Shown here one piece after another: positions 34,207 to 44,437 of a stretch of DNA of 64,000 bases (position 1 is its first letter; each line of letters starts with the position of its first letter). The DNA comes from Candidatus Limnocylindrales bacterium. GTDB taxonomy: Bacteria; Chloroflexota; Limnocylindria; Limnocylindrales; CSP1-4. The DNA lies in assembly GCA_038214255.1 (NCBI GenBank), contig JBBQRZ010000009.1, forward strand, positions 25,129 to 89,128, read 5' to 3'. A program made the position numbers and the translations under genes. The notes under the pieces were generated by a model. It searched no databases, was not told the DNA's origin, and saw only the letters and a list, made by a program, of their open reading frames with translations.

Positions 34207-35102
34207 CTCAGGCGTGAGGCTGGGCGCGAGTCTAGCAACCCGGCGCAACCGGATCGTCGGAACGTGCTCCGGGGAGCGTCGCCGACGGCGACGATGACCG
34301 CGTCGGAGAGTGCGGGCCACGCCTCGAGCGCCCACGCCTCGAATTCGCGATCGGTCAGGCAGACCAGGGCGAGATCGAGGGCCGGGTCGACCCACAGGAA
34401 CGTTCCCGCCCCGCCGATGTGCCCGAAGGTCGCGGACGAGTTCGTAGTCCCCGTCCAGTGCGGGCGCTTGTCGTCGCGCAGCTCCGGCCCGAGACCCCAG
34501 TCGAGCTGGTCGTAGCGGCCCACGCCCGGCAGCACCCCCGCCAGGCCCGGGAACGCAACCGTTCTCATCGCCGCGTAGGTGTGCGGAGCGAGCAGGGTTG
34601 GTCGAAGCAGCTCACCGGCGAGCCCCACCAGATCGGAGAGCGGCCCGGTGAGGCCCTGGGACGGCCGATCCGTCAACCGCGTCTCGTCCATCCCGAGCGG
34701 GCTGAGGACGTGGGCCTCCAAGGCCGCACCGACGGGCGTCCCCGCCCGCTCGGCCAGCACTGCCCCGAGTCGGTCGTACCCGGGGTTCGAATAGATCCGC
34801 CGCTTGCCGGGCGCCGCGAGCAGCGCGTCACCCTCGAAGTTGAGCCCCGACGCGTGGGCAAGCAGATGGCGAACGGTCGACCCGGGTGGCCCGGCCGGCT
34901 CATCGAGGTCGATGAGGCGGCCGTCGACGCCGACGAGGACAGCGAGGGCCGTGACGAGCTTCGTGACGGACGCCCACCGGAACACATGGTCCGGGTCGCC
35001 GTGGCTCGCGATCACCCCGGCCGGGCCGATGAGCGCCGCCGCCGCGTGGTCGGCGCCCCACGCCTCGATCCGGGTCAGCGCAGCCGCCAGGGAGTCGCTC
35101 AT
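34203..35102 (-). CDS. Serine hydrolase of the beta-lactamase/transpeptidase-like family
   Basis: SxxK motif in FRWASVTKLVTALAV. The YSNPGY box is present. ATG 35102 (MSDSLAAAL) is preferred; the upstream part of ORF 34203..35408 is a shadow. Confidence 0.8.
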   Translation of the reverse strand: MSDSLAAALTRIEAWGADHAAAALIGPAGVIASHGDPDHVFRWASVTKLVTALAVLVGVDGRLIDLDEPAGPPGSTVRHLLAHASGLNFEGDALLAAPGKRRIYSNPGYDRLGAVLAERAGTPVGAALEAHVLSPLGMDETRLTDRPSQGLTGPLSDLVGLAGELLRPTLLAPHTYAAMRTVAFPGLAGVLPGVGRYDQLDWGLGPELRDDKRPHWTGTTNSSATFGHIGGAGTFLWVDPALDLALVCLTDREFEAWALEAWPALSDAVIVAVGDAPRSTFRRSGCAGLLDSRPASRLR

Positions 35103-35202
35103 GCCGGCGATGCTAGCGCGCCTCTCGCCCGGGACGACCGGCGTCCGGCGCTCGCCCGACCGGCGCATGTCCAAGGTTGCCCCCATGGGGCACCATGGGG
35201 GC

Positions 35203-36810
35203 ATGCCCAACCGACGCTCGCCGCTCCGCCGCGCCTCCGTCCTGCTCCTCCCGCTGCTCATCGTGGCCCTGGCCGCTCCAGTGGCCGCCGAGGCGAACGA
35301 GTTTCCGAGGGGCTTCGAGGGGTACCACACGTACAGCGAGGTCGCCGCCGATGTCGCGGCCGTGGCTGCCGCCCACCCCAACATCGTCCGGCGGTTCTCG
35401 ATCGGCACGAGCTACCAGGGCCGCCAGCTCTGGGCCGCGAAGATCTCCGACAACGTCGCGGTCGACGAGAACGAGCCCGAGGTCCTGTTCGACGGCGGGA
35501 CGCATGCCGACGAGCACATGGGCGTCGAGATGGCGCTCCACATCCTCCACTGGCTCGCCAACGGGTACGGCACGAACACCCGGATCACGAACATCGTCAA
35601 CAGCCGCGAGATCTGGATCGTGTTCCTCGTCAATCCCGACGGCGCTGAGCACGACATCGTGAACGGCCGCTTCCACTTCTGGCGCAAGAACCGCCAACCG
35701 ACCCCCGGCACGAGTTCCATCGGGACGGACGTCAACCGCAACTTCGGGTATCGCTGGGGCGGCGGCGGACGGACGAGCTCCAATCCGGCGGCGATCACCT
35801 ACCGCGGCCCGGCGGCGTTCTCTGCGCCCGAGACCCGAGCGATGCGCAACTTCCTCGCCAGCCGCGTCATTAACGGCCGCCAGCAGATCCGCACCGCCAT
35901 GACCTTCCATGAGAGCGGCCGGCTCATCCTGTGGCCGTACGGCTACGCGATGCAGGACGTTCCGGGCGACATGACGGCGGCCGACCACCTCGCGCTCGCG
36001 AAGATCGCCCGACACATGGCTGCCACCAACGGCTATCGACCCGAGCAGGCGAGCGACCTGTACATCAGCTCCGGCACCACCCGCGACTACGAGTACGGGA
36101 TGTACCGGATCTTCGTCTACACGATCGAGCTGTCGAACCGCGACTACATGGACGATTCGCTCATCGCGAGCGAGACCGGCCGTAACCAGGAAGCGGTGCT
36201 CAGCCTCATCGAGCGGGCCTGGTGCCCGCTTGCGGTCCTGGGCCTCGCCACCCGGACCGCTCGGTGCGGCGCGTTCGACGACGATCTGGAGGTTGCTCGC
36301 GGTTGGACCGTGAACCCTGATGGCACGGACACCGCTCCGGCTTCGGCCCGATTCGCCCGCGGCAATCCTTCATCGACCTACGCCGCCGGCATCAAGCAGG
36401 TGGGCACCACGCCGTCGGGCAGCCGGGCGTTCGTTACGGGGCTTCCAGCCGGCGCGAGTCCCCCCTCCTACGACCTCGACGGTACGACGACGATCCGCTC
36501 ACCGGCGATCACCCTGCCCGTGACGGGCGGTCAGCGGCTCTCGTTCCGTTACGTCTTCGCCCACGACCGAGCGTCCACAGCCGCCGATTCGTTCAAGGCG
36601 ATCGTCGAGCGGTCCGACGCGACCCAGGACGTCGTCTTCACGCGCGTGGGCGCGCCCTCCGACCTGGACGGGACCTGGCGAAGCGCCTCCGTCCCGATGG
36701 ACGCTTACGTCGGCCAGACGGTCCGAATCCGCTTCGTCGCGACCGACGGCGGAAGCGCGAACCTGGTCGAGGCCGAGATCGACGACGTGCGGGTGACGCG
36801 CGGGAACTGA
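35203..36810 (+). CDS. Secreted M14-family zinc carboxypeptidase with a C-terminal beta-sandwich extension
   Basis: Signal peptide [31 protein letters not shown]. Zn ligand block [10 protein letters not shown], plus [17 protein letters not shown] and [14 protein letters not shown]. Alternative ATG at 35185. Confidence 0.9.
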   Translation: MPNRRSPLRRASVLLLPLLIVALAAPVAAEANEFPRGFEGYHTYSEVAADVAAVAAAHPNIVRRFSIGTSYQGRQLWAAKISDNVAVDENEPEVLFDGGTHADEHMGVEMALHILHWLANGYGTNTRITNIVNSREIWIVFLVNPDGAEHDIVNGRFHFWRKNRQPTPGTSSIGTDVNRNFGYRWGGGGRTSSNPAAITYRGPAAFSAPETRAMRNFLASRVINGRQQIRTAMTFHESGRLILWPYGYAMQDVPGDMTAADHLALAKIARHMAATNGYRPEQASDLYISSGTTRDYEYGMYRIFVYTIELSNRDYMDDSLIASETGRNQEAVLSLIERAWCPLAVLGLATRTARCGAFDDDLEVARGWTVNPDGTDTAPASARFARGNPSSTYAAGIKQVGTTPSGSRAFVTGLPAGASPPSYDLDGTTTIRSPAITLPVTGGQRLSFRYVFAHDRASTAADSFKAIVERSDATQDVVFTRVGAPSDLDGTWRSASVPMDAYVGQTVRIRFVATDGGSANLVEAEIDDVRVTRGN

Positions 36811-36872
36811 GATCAGCGGTGGCGTCGATGGTTCGTCACCGATTCGTCGCACGACCGACTTACACTTCGGGC

Positions 36873-37541
36873 ATGAGGTTCTTTAGCTCCAAGCCCCAGA
36901 CCATCCCCTCCCCCACCGAAGCTCTCCCGGGTCGGTCCGAGCCGATCGTGACGCCCGGCGTCCACACGGTCCTCGGCACGCCGATCGCCGGCCCATGGCC
37001 GGATGGCACCCGGACCGCGGTCTTCGGCCTCGGGTGTTTCTGGGGAGCCGAGAAAGACTTCTGGCAGCTCCCCGGCGTCGTCAGCACGGCCGTGGGCTAT
37101 GCCGGCGGCCACACCCCCAACCCGACCTACCGGGAGGCCTGCACCGGCCAGACCGGCCACGCCGAGGTCGTGCAGGTCGCGTACGACCCGTCAAAGGTCT
37201 CGTACGAGCGGCTGCTGAAGCTGTTCTGGGAGCACCACGACCCCACCCAGGGCATGCGCCAGGGCAACGACATGGGCTCCCAGTACCGGTCGATCATCGT
37301 CGCCGCCGATGCGGACCAGCGCCGGGCCGCTGAGGCGACGCGTGATGCGTACCAGGAGCGCCTCAGCGCGGCCGGATACGGCCCGATCACGACCGAGATC
37401 GTCGACGCCGGCCCGTTCTACTACGCCGAGGACTACCACCAGCAGTATCTCGACAAGGTTCCGAACGGCTACTGCCCCAACCACTCGACGGGCGTGACAC
37501 TCCCCGATGTCGTGGTCACGCCGCTGCAATACGTTGGCTGA
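36873..37541 (+). CDS. msrA: Peptide-methionine (S)-S-oxide reductase
   Basis: [13 protein letters not shown] active-site box, then [16 protein letters not shown]-like block, [30 protein letters not shown] and YHQQYL. The N-terminus aligns with long-form MsrA ([10 protein letters not shown]). Confidence 0.95.
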   Translation: MRFFSSKPQTIPSPTEALPGRSEPIVTPGVHTVLGTPIAGPWPDGTRTAVFGLGCFWGAEKDFWQLPGVVSTAVGYAGGHTPNPTYREACTGQTGHAEVVQVAYDPSKVSYERLLKLFWEHHDPTQGMRQGNDMGSQYRSIIVAADADQRRAAEATRDAYQERLSAAGYGPITTEIVDAGPFYYAEDYHQQYLDKVPNGYCPNHSTGVTLPDVVVTPLQYVG

Positions 37542-37564
37542 CCCCAACCCATATTGCCGGGCAC

Positions 37565-37600
37565 GAAGAGAGCCGGTCGGTCAAGCCGGCCGGCTCTTCG
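37565..37600 (+). terminator. Hairpin after msrA (terminator-like)
   Basis: AGAGCCGG (37569-37576) pairs with CCGGCTCT (37590-37597) around a 13-nt loop, followed by TCGTTCGC. The T-tract is weak. Confidence 0.45.
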
Positions 37601-37692
37601 TTCGCTGTACTCGGGGCAGGCTGTCGAACGCGAGGGCAGCTAGTTCATCCGGCCCAAGGCGGCTGACGTAGAGGGCGATCGAGTCCACTCTG

Positions 37693-37887
37693 TCAAGCGT
37701 GAGCCTCCGTTGCCGTTCGCAGCTTGCGAAGCGCCTTGGCCTCAATCTGTGCGACGCGCTGGGGGCTGATGCGAAGGACGGCGGCGACCTCCTTTATCGT
37801 CCGAGCGTCGCCATCCAGCGAGCCGTATCGCAGTTGCAGGACGAGCCGCTCGCGGTCGGTGAGCGTGTCAGTGCCGTAGACGATCAC
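37693..37887 (-). CDS. Sigma-70 region-4-only HTH protein (64 aa)
   Basis: [49 protein letters not shown] is a textbook sigma70_r4 domain without regions 2/3. Its GTG start overlaps the upstream stop (GTGA). Confidence 0.7.
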   Translation of the reverse strand: MIVYGTDTLTDRERLVLQLRYGSLDGDARTIKEVAAVLRISPQRVAQIEAKALRKLRTATEAHA

Positions 37888-38084
37888 TTGTCACGCTCGG
37901 CGATGGCCGCCTCTACGTATGCCCGGACTTTCGGCGGCAGGTTGTCGGGCATGGGCACGGTGCCAGCGATGAGGGCGTCAATCGCCATCTGCTGCCCCCT
38001 CGGTGAGGCGTGCCAGACGAGCCCCCGCTTGATGGCGACGCGCAGGTCGTCGGGATCGGATAGGACTAGGTGGAGACACGTCAT
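37884..38084 (-). CDS. Hypothetical protein (66 aa), micro-operon gene 3
   Basis: [70 protein letters not shown] overlap with the upstream ORF. No family recognised. Confidence 0.45.
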   Translation of the reverse strand: MTCLHLVLSDPDDLRVAIKRGLVWHASPRGQQMAIDALIAGTVPMPDNLPPKVRAYVEAAIAERDK

Positions 38085-38329
38085 GACGGCATATCCTCGT
38101 GGCCCGGCCGACGCCACGCCCGAGCTTCAGCCTCGGTGTCGAAGTGGGTGAAGTTGATTTTGGGGAAGCAGGCGCCCGCGTCATACGTATCGAACACCCA
38201 CCAGAGGCCGGGCGGGAACCTGTAGATGCTGAGGCAGAACTTGACGAGCGGGCTCGGGTTAGCGGTGGGCAGGTACACGACCTCGTAGCGCTGAGTCTCG
38301 GGTCGGGGGAACGTGTCGGCCGGTGTCAT
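38081..38329 (-). CDS. Hypothetical protein (82 aa), micro-operon gene 2
   Basis: MTPADTFPRPETQRYEVVYLPTANPSPLVKFCLSIYRFPPGLWWVFDTYDAGACFPKINFTHFDTEAEARAW. ATGA overlap with the upstream ORF. No family recognised. Confidence 0.45.
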   Translation of the reverse strand: MTPADTFPRPETQRYEVVYLPTANPSPLVKFCLSIYRFPPGLWWVFDTYDAGACFPKINFTHFDTEAEARAWRRPGHEDMPS

Positions 38330-38502
38330 GCTCGACCTGCTTTCTCGACTTCGGTGTAATACCAGTACACGGCGGCAAGGGCCACGAACAGCGGTGCCGC
38401 TTCGGCGACCGCGCAGACGACGACTACGAGACGATGCAGGCGGCGATGAACAGGGCGGCCGTCTCGGCGACGATCCGCAGGGCGCCATGCCGGAGGGCCC
38501 AT
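38326..38502 (-). CDS. Hypothetical single-pass membrane peptide (58 aa), micro-operon gene 1
   Basis: MGPPAWRPADRRRDGRPVHRRLHRLVVVVCAVAEAAPLFVALAAVYWYYTEVEKAGRA has an Arg-rich N-terminus and one TM helix. Alternatively, a GTG at 38531 opens a 35-codon hydrophobic ORF (to 38424) that would join this frame by a shift to give a two-TM, holin-like product. Confidence 0.35.
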   Translation of the reverse strand: MGPPAWRPADRRRDGRPVHRRLHRLVVVVCAVAEAAPLFVALAAVYWYYTEVEKAGRA

Positions 38503-38579
38503 GCGATGGATCCGAAATGCTTGCGAGTCACGGGTGACCTCGGTTGGTCGAGCCGACCTGGCCCATTGCCCTATCCCGG

Positions 38580-38685
38580 GTGCGCGCGTTCCTTGACGCG
38601 CACGCGACGTAGCGCGACACGAGGACCGCGCGGCCGGGCGCGCAGAACTGCGCGCGGGCACGCGCGCGAAGTCCCGTGCGCGCAG
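38580..38685. promoter_or_regulatory. Cluster of TGCGCGC-containing inverted repeats upstream of the micro-operon
   Basis: GTGCGCG-N10-CGCGCAC (38580-38603). GCGCGCAG-AA-CTGCGCGC (38638-38655). Further TGCGCGC/GCGCGCA copies at 38581, 38649, 38658-38668 and 38677-38683. Confidence 0.5.
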
Positions 38686-38732
38686 GGGGGCGAGGCACTG
38701 CAATGTTTGCGGCCCGCTGAGCTCCCGAATGG

Positions 38733-39359
38733 CTATTGCCCAGATCCTGGCACCGCTGATCGTGAGGCGATGACGCTGGCCGAACCCTCGCGGGCCAGGA
38801 CCGCCGCCACGACCAGCGCCGCAACCGCGTCCGCCCACCAGAGCCCGAACGCCGCAGCGCCCGCAAGGCTCACGAGACTGATGGCCGCAAGCAGCGCCGC
38901 GACCGCGGTCAGGATGCTGTCCGCCCGGAGCGCGCCACTGCGGAGCGCGGCCGCCACCCGGAACTTCGCAACGGCGAGCGGGGGCAGCACCAAGACGGAC
39001 GCGAACAACAGGACCAAGCTGGTGGACGAAGCTTCGGGATGGGTCTGCTCGGCGAGTGCTCGGACCGAGGCGACCACGAGATAGACCGCGAGCGCGATGA
39101 GCGCCACGCCCACCGCGCCCTCGGCCATTCGTTCGACCCGCGCGGCGCGCTCCGGCTGGCGAGCCTCCACAGCGAATCGCCAGACCAGGGTCACGGACAC
39201 GGCGGCATCAAGGACGGCGTCGCCACCGAAGCCGAGCAGCGAGAGGCTGCCGCTCCGCAGCGCGGAGTAGACGGCAATCGTGCCGGCGACGGCACTCCAG
39301 CCGATGCTGACCATCGAGAGTGCCAGGGCGCGCCGGATGTCCCTTGCACGGGGATGCAT
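38733..39359 (-). CDS. Cation-efflux (CDF-like) membrane protein without a cytoplasmic C-terminal domain
   Basis: Six hydrophobic segments. SGSLSLLGFGGDAVLDAAVS resembles the CDF TM2 metal-site block (SxALxADAxHxxxD-like). 208 aa. Confidence 0.6.
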   Translation of the reverse strand: MHPRARDIRRALALSMVSIGWSAVAGTIAVYSALRSGSLSLLGFGGDAVLDAAVSVTLVWRFAVEARQPERAARVERMAEGAVGVALIALAVYLVVASVRALAEQTHPEASSTSLVLLFASVLVLPPLAVAKFRVAAALRSGALRADSILTAVAALLAAISLVSLAGAAAFGLWWADAVAALVVAAVLAREGSASVIASRSAVPGSGQ

Positions 39360-39432
39360 CGACGCAGCGTAGCGGCGCGTGGGGCCGCACTGTCGCCTTC
39401 GGACGCGACCGGCGCTCCGCTACGCTGTTCGC

Positions 39433-40083
39433 ATGGGCGACGCGCGGCCATCGATCCCGACGGGCATCACTCGCGGCGGCGTCGTGGCGATCGCTCGCGG
39501 GGTCACGCCCGAGACCGCCCGGGCCGTGGCGGACGCTCTCGCCACCGGGGGGGTGGGCGCCTTCGAGATCACGCTCAACGAGCCGATCGATCGGGCGCTG
39601 CGCGGGATCGAGGCCGTGGCAGCCCGATCGCGCGGCCTCGAGGTCGGCGCCGGCACGGTCCTTACGATCAAATCGGCGCAGGCAGCGATCGACGCCGGAG
39701 CAACCTTCCTCGTCATGCCGCACACCGATCCCGAGCTGGTCGACTGGGCCGCGGCGCGCGGGATCGCGGCCTTGCCCGGCGCCGCTACGCCGACTGAGAT
39801 CCTCGCCGCGTGGCGGGCGGGCGCGGCCGCGGTCAAGGTGTTCCCGGCGTCGTCGTTGGGCCCCACGTTCCTGCGCGAGGTCCGGGGCCCCTTGCCGGAC
39901 ATCCCGCTCCTGCCGACCGGAGGCGTGACTGCGGACACGGCCGGCGCTTTCATCGCGGCCGGGGCCATCGCCGTCGGCCTGGGCGGTTGGCTGATCGGTG
40001 ACGGGGAACCGGCCAGGGTCACGACCCGGGCCCGGCAGGTCGTTGCGGCCGTGACCGCCGCCCGCGAGGGACGCCCGCAATGA
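39433..40083 (+). CDS. eda: 2-dehydro-3-deoxy-6-phosphogluconate/galactonate (KDPG/KDPGal) aldolase
   Basis: VVAIARG, FEITLN, GAGTVL, KVFPAS and LPTGGV blocks of class I KDPG/KHG aldolases. ATG 39433 is preferred. Confidence 0.85.
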   Translation: MGDARPSIPTGITRGGVVAIARGVTPETARAVADALATGGVGAFEITLNEPIDRALRGIEAVAARSRGLEVGAGTVLTIKSAQAAIDAGATFLVMPHTDPELVDWAAARGIAALPGAATPTEILAAWRAGAAAVKVFPASSLGPTFLREVRGPLPDIPLLPTGGVTADTAGAFIAAGAIAVGLGGWLIGDGEPARVTTRARQVVAAVTAAREGRPQ

Positions 40084-41060
40084 CCGTCGAGGTCGTCACG
40101 CTCGGCGAATGCCTGATCTCGCTCGTCGCAGGCCAGATCGGCCCGCTGGCCGAGGCGACCACCTTCGAGCGGCACGTCGCCGGCGCCGAGGCCAACGCGG
40201 CCGTGGGCCTGGCCCGACTGGGCCACTCGGTGGCCTATGTCGGTCGAGTCGGCGACGACGGTCTCGGGACGGCGATCCGCCGGCGCCTTCGCGGCGAGGG
40301 CGTGGACGTCGACCATCTCCGCTCCGACGCGGCGGCGACCACCGGCATCATGTTCCGCGAGCGCCGGGCGCTCGGCGCCGCCGAGATCGTCTACGCCCGG
40401 GCGGGCTCGGCCGGCTCACGCCTGGATCCGGCCGACGTCGAGCGGGCGGCCGCCGATGGCGTCTTCGGCGGCGCTCGATGGCTCCACGTCACGGGCATCA
40501 CGGCGGCGATCTCGGACGGCGCACGAGCGGCGGTCGATCGGGCCGTCGCGACCGCGCGCGAGGCCGGCCTCACGATCAGCCTCGACGTGAATTTGCGGCG
40601 TCGACTCTGGATCGACGAGGCGGCGGCGGCCGTCCTCCGACCCCTGGCGGCGCGCGTCGACGTCGTGCTCGGGAGCCGCGACGAGCTGGCGGTCATCGCC
40701 GACCGGCCGGTGCACACCGAACCCGGAACGCTCGCCGCGGCGGTCGTCGCTTTGGGGCCATCGATCGCGGTCGTCAAGCTCGGTGCCGGCGGCGCGCTGG
40801 CCCTGGAACGTGGGCGCGAGGCGATCCGTCAGCCGGCCCTCGAGGGTGCGACCGTCGTGGATCCGATCGGCGCGGGCGACGCGTTCTCGGCGGGGTTCAT
40901 CGCGGCTCGTCTCGATGGGGCCGACCTCTCCGGCGCCCTCCGCACGGCCAATGCCTGCGGCGCCGCCGCCGTCGCCGCGATCGGGGACCTGACCGGACTC
41001 CCGACGACGATCGAGCTCGAGCGGCTCCTGCGCGCGGACTGCGCCGACACGATCCGTTAG
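40080..41060 (+). CDS. PfkB-family sugar kinase (2-dehydro-3-deoxygluconate/galactonate kinase type)
   Basis: N-terminal GE(C)LI...AGAEANAAVGLARLG and the C-terminal DPIGAGDAFSAGF anion-hole motif. ATGA overlap with eda. Confidence 0.85.
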   Translation: MTVEVVTLGECLISLVAGQIGPLAEATTFERHVAGAEANAAVGLARLGHSVAYVGRVGDDGLGTAIRRRLRGEGVDVDHLRSDAAATTGIMFRERRALGAAEIVYARAGSAGSRLDPADVERAAADGVFGGARWLHVTGITAAISDGARAAVDRAVATAREAGLTISLDVNLRRRLWIDEAAAAVLRPLAARVDVVLGSRDELAVIADRPVHTEPGTLAAAVVALGPSIAVVKLGAGGALALERGREAIRQPALEGATVVDPIGAGDAFSAGFIAARLDGADLSGALRTANACGAAAVAAIGDLTGLPTTIELERLLRADCADTIR

Positions 41061-41133
41061 CTGCGGCCGCACGGCAGGGCAGCTGCGTGGGCGCCGTGGC
41101 CGCCTATTGGGCGAACGTCGCCGCTGTGCACGC

Positions 41134-42027
41134 CTACCCGGCGAACTCGACCGCCGGATAGCCCCGGAACCCGGGCCGGACCCGGAACACCGAGCCGGCG
41201 TGCGGTTCGGCCGCGCGTTCCTCGTCGGAACGTTCCGACCAGGCCGAGGTGATGTACAGGTCCTCGAACGCCGGGCCACCGAACGTGCAGCTCGTCACGT
41301 GCGAGACCGGCAGCCGCACGATGACATCAAGCCGGCCTGCGGGATCGTAGCGATGGACCGCCTGGCCACCCCACAACGCGATCCACAGGCCGCCGTCGGT
41401 GTCGATCGTCATGCCGTCCGGGGCGCCCGGCTCGTCGTCTGGCAGGACCATCCAGGGACGCCGTCCCGCGAGCCGCCCGGTCGCGGGGTTGTAGTCGAAC
41501 GCGTCGACGCGTCGCGTCGGCGTATCGATGTAGTACAGCGTCCGGCCGTCCCCGCTCCAGGCCAGGCCGTTGGAGATCGTCACGTCGTCGAGCAGGCGCT
41601 CGACGGTCCCGTCGGGATCCAGCCGGTAGAGCGCGCCCATCCCCGGCCGCTTCTCGTAGCCCATCGTGCCCGCGAGGAACCGGCCGGCCGGGTCGCACTT
41701 GCCGTCGTTGAAGCGGAGGTCCGGTCGATCCGCGTCGACCGGGGCCAGGCGCGTCCAGGCATCCGAGCCGGGAGCGGTGGTCCAGAAGCCGTCGGCCAGT
41801 GCTGCGACGAGGCCGCCACCCGCCCGAACCGCGACCGAGCCCACGTCGTGCGGGGTCGCAACCGTGCTGGCCGCCCCATCGCCGGGCCGGTAGCGCAGGA
41901 CAGAGCGGCCGACGATGTCGACCCAGACGAGCTCGCCGGTCCCCGCGTCCCAGATGGGCCCCTCACCCAGCTCGCACTGCTGATCGAGGACCAGCTCCGC
42001 CTCGAGGATCGTCGTCATGGGACGCAT
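41134..42027 (-). CDS. SMP-30/gluconolactonase/LRE-family lactonase
   Basis: CELGEGPIWD, RFNDGKCDPAGRFLAGTM, NGLAWSGDG and PDGMTIDTDGGLW blocks of the six-bladed lactonase family. Confidence 0.85.
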   Translation of the reverse strand: MRPMTTILEAELVLDQQCELGEGPIWDAGTGELVWVDIVGRSVLRYRPGDGAASTVATPHDVGSVAVRAGGGLVAALADGFWTTAPGSDAWTRLAPVDADRPDLRFNDGKCDPAGRFLAGTMGYEKRPGMGALYRLDPDGTVERLLDDVTISNGLAWSGDGRTLYYIDTPTRRVDAFDYNPATGRLAGRRPWMVLPDDEPGAPDGMTIDTDGGLWIALWGGQAVHRYDPAGRLDVIVRLPVSHVTSCTFGGPAFEDLYITSAWSERSDEERAAEPHAGSVFRVRPGFRGYPAVEFAG

Positions 42028-42080
42028 CGTAGGGCCGGCCGAGGCCCACGTGCGGCCGGCCGCGACGCTACCCTGACGAC

Positions 42081-43240
42081 GTGCGGATCGCGGACGTGCA
42101 GACCCGGATCGCGGGCAACGCCTGGAAGAACTGGGTCTTCGTCCGGGTCGAGACCGACGACGGCGTCGTCGGCTATGGCGAAGGCACCGTCAACGGATTC
42201 GCGGCCACGGTTGCCGCGGCGATCGAGGAGCTCCAGGACGCCTACCTGGGCCTCGACCCGCACGATATCGAGCTGTTGCTCCAGCGGATGATCCGCGACG
42301 TCTATACGGACGGCGGGCAGATCCACATGGCCGCGGTCGCCGCGATCGAGGTCGCTTGCTGGGACATCGTCGGCAAGGCGGCCGGCGAGCCGATCCATGC
42401 CCTGCTCGGCGGCAAGGTCCGCGATCGGGTCCGGGTGTACGCCAACGGCTGGTATCGCACCGACCGGACGCCGGACGCGATCGCCGCCAAGGCCCGCGAG
42501 GTCGTGGCGCGCGGCTACACGGCGATGAAATTCGACCCATTCGGGGCCGCCTGGCGGGTGGAGGACCGGTGGGAGGAGGACCTCTCGATCGACATCGTTC
42601 GGGCGGTCCGGGACGCGGTCGGTCCGGACGTGGACCTGATGATCGAGGCCCACAACCGCTTCACTGCCGCCACGGCGCTGCGCCTGGCCGAGCGGCTGGC
42701 CGAGTTCCGGCCGGCGTGGCTCGAGGAGCCCGTCCACCACTCGCAGATGGGCTCGCTCATCGAGGTCGCGCGCCGCTCCCCGGTGCCCGTCGCGACCGGC
42801 GAGAGCTTCACCTCGCTCGGTCAGTTCGCCGACCTGCTCTCGCACGACGTCGTCCAGATCCTCCAGCCCGAACCGCTGCACGTGGGTGGGCTGTGGCGGA
42901 CGCGCCAGGTCGCCTCGATGGCGGACGCCCACCTCGCCGTCGTCGCGCCGCACAACGCGCAGGGACCGGTCTGCGGCGCGATGGCCGTCCAGCTTGGCGC
43001 ATGCATCCCGAACTTCTACGTGCAGGAGACGTTCGACGAGTTCAACGCGGACTGGACGCAGACCCTGGTCGATCGACCGGTTCGGCCCGTCGAGGGGCAC
43101 GTCGAGATATCGGATGCGCCCGGTCTCGGGATCGACCTCGACTGGCACGCCCTGCCGGCCCATCCGTACGAGCGTCGTCACCTGTTGCGGCTCTTCAGCC
43201 CCGGTTGGGAGCGACGCGACGAGGCAGCCCGCGACCCCTC

Positions 43241-43244
<4 letters not shown>
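42081..43244 (+). CDS. Enolase-superfamily (mandelate racemase/muconate-lactonising) sugar-acid dehydratase, galactonate-dehydratase-like
   Basis: NWVFVRVETDDGVVGYGEGT, AIEVACWDIVGK, KFDPFG, WLEEPV and ATGES blocks. GTG start. Confidence 0.8.

Positions 43245-44437
<1,193 letters not shown>

Larger units (their letters stand above)
37600..38732 (-). mobile_element. Possible horizontally acquired islet / prophage-type remnant (four tiny overlapping ORFs, no integrase)
   Basis: Inserted between msrA and a cation-transporter gene. It looks less GC-rich than the flanks. Its genes are of phage/plasmid style (a sigma region-4-only HTH and three orphans) with ATGA/GTGA overlaps. Similar short strings occur at both edges (CCCATATTGCCGGGCAC at 37548-37564; CCCATTGCCCTATCCCGGGTGC at 38562-38583). 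Confidence 0.3.

Noticed and set aside
37548-38583. Direct repeats CCCATATTGCCGGGCAC / CCCATTGCCCTATCCCGGGTGC as att sites of an integrated element
   Set aside because: The similarity is short and interrupted. There is no integrase or tRNA target, and the left copy lies before a hairpin after msrA. It is mentioned as a weak clue only, not called as att.
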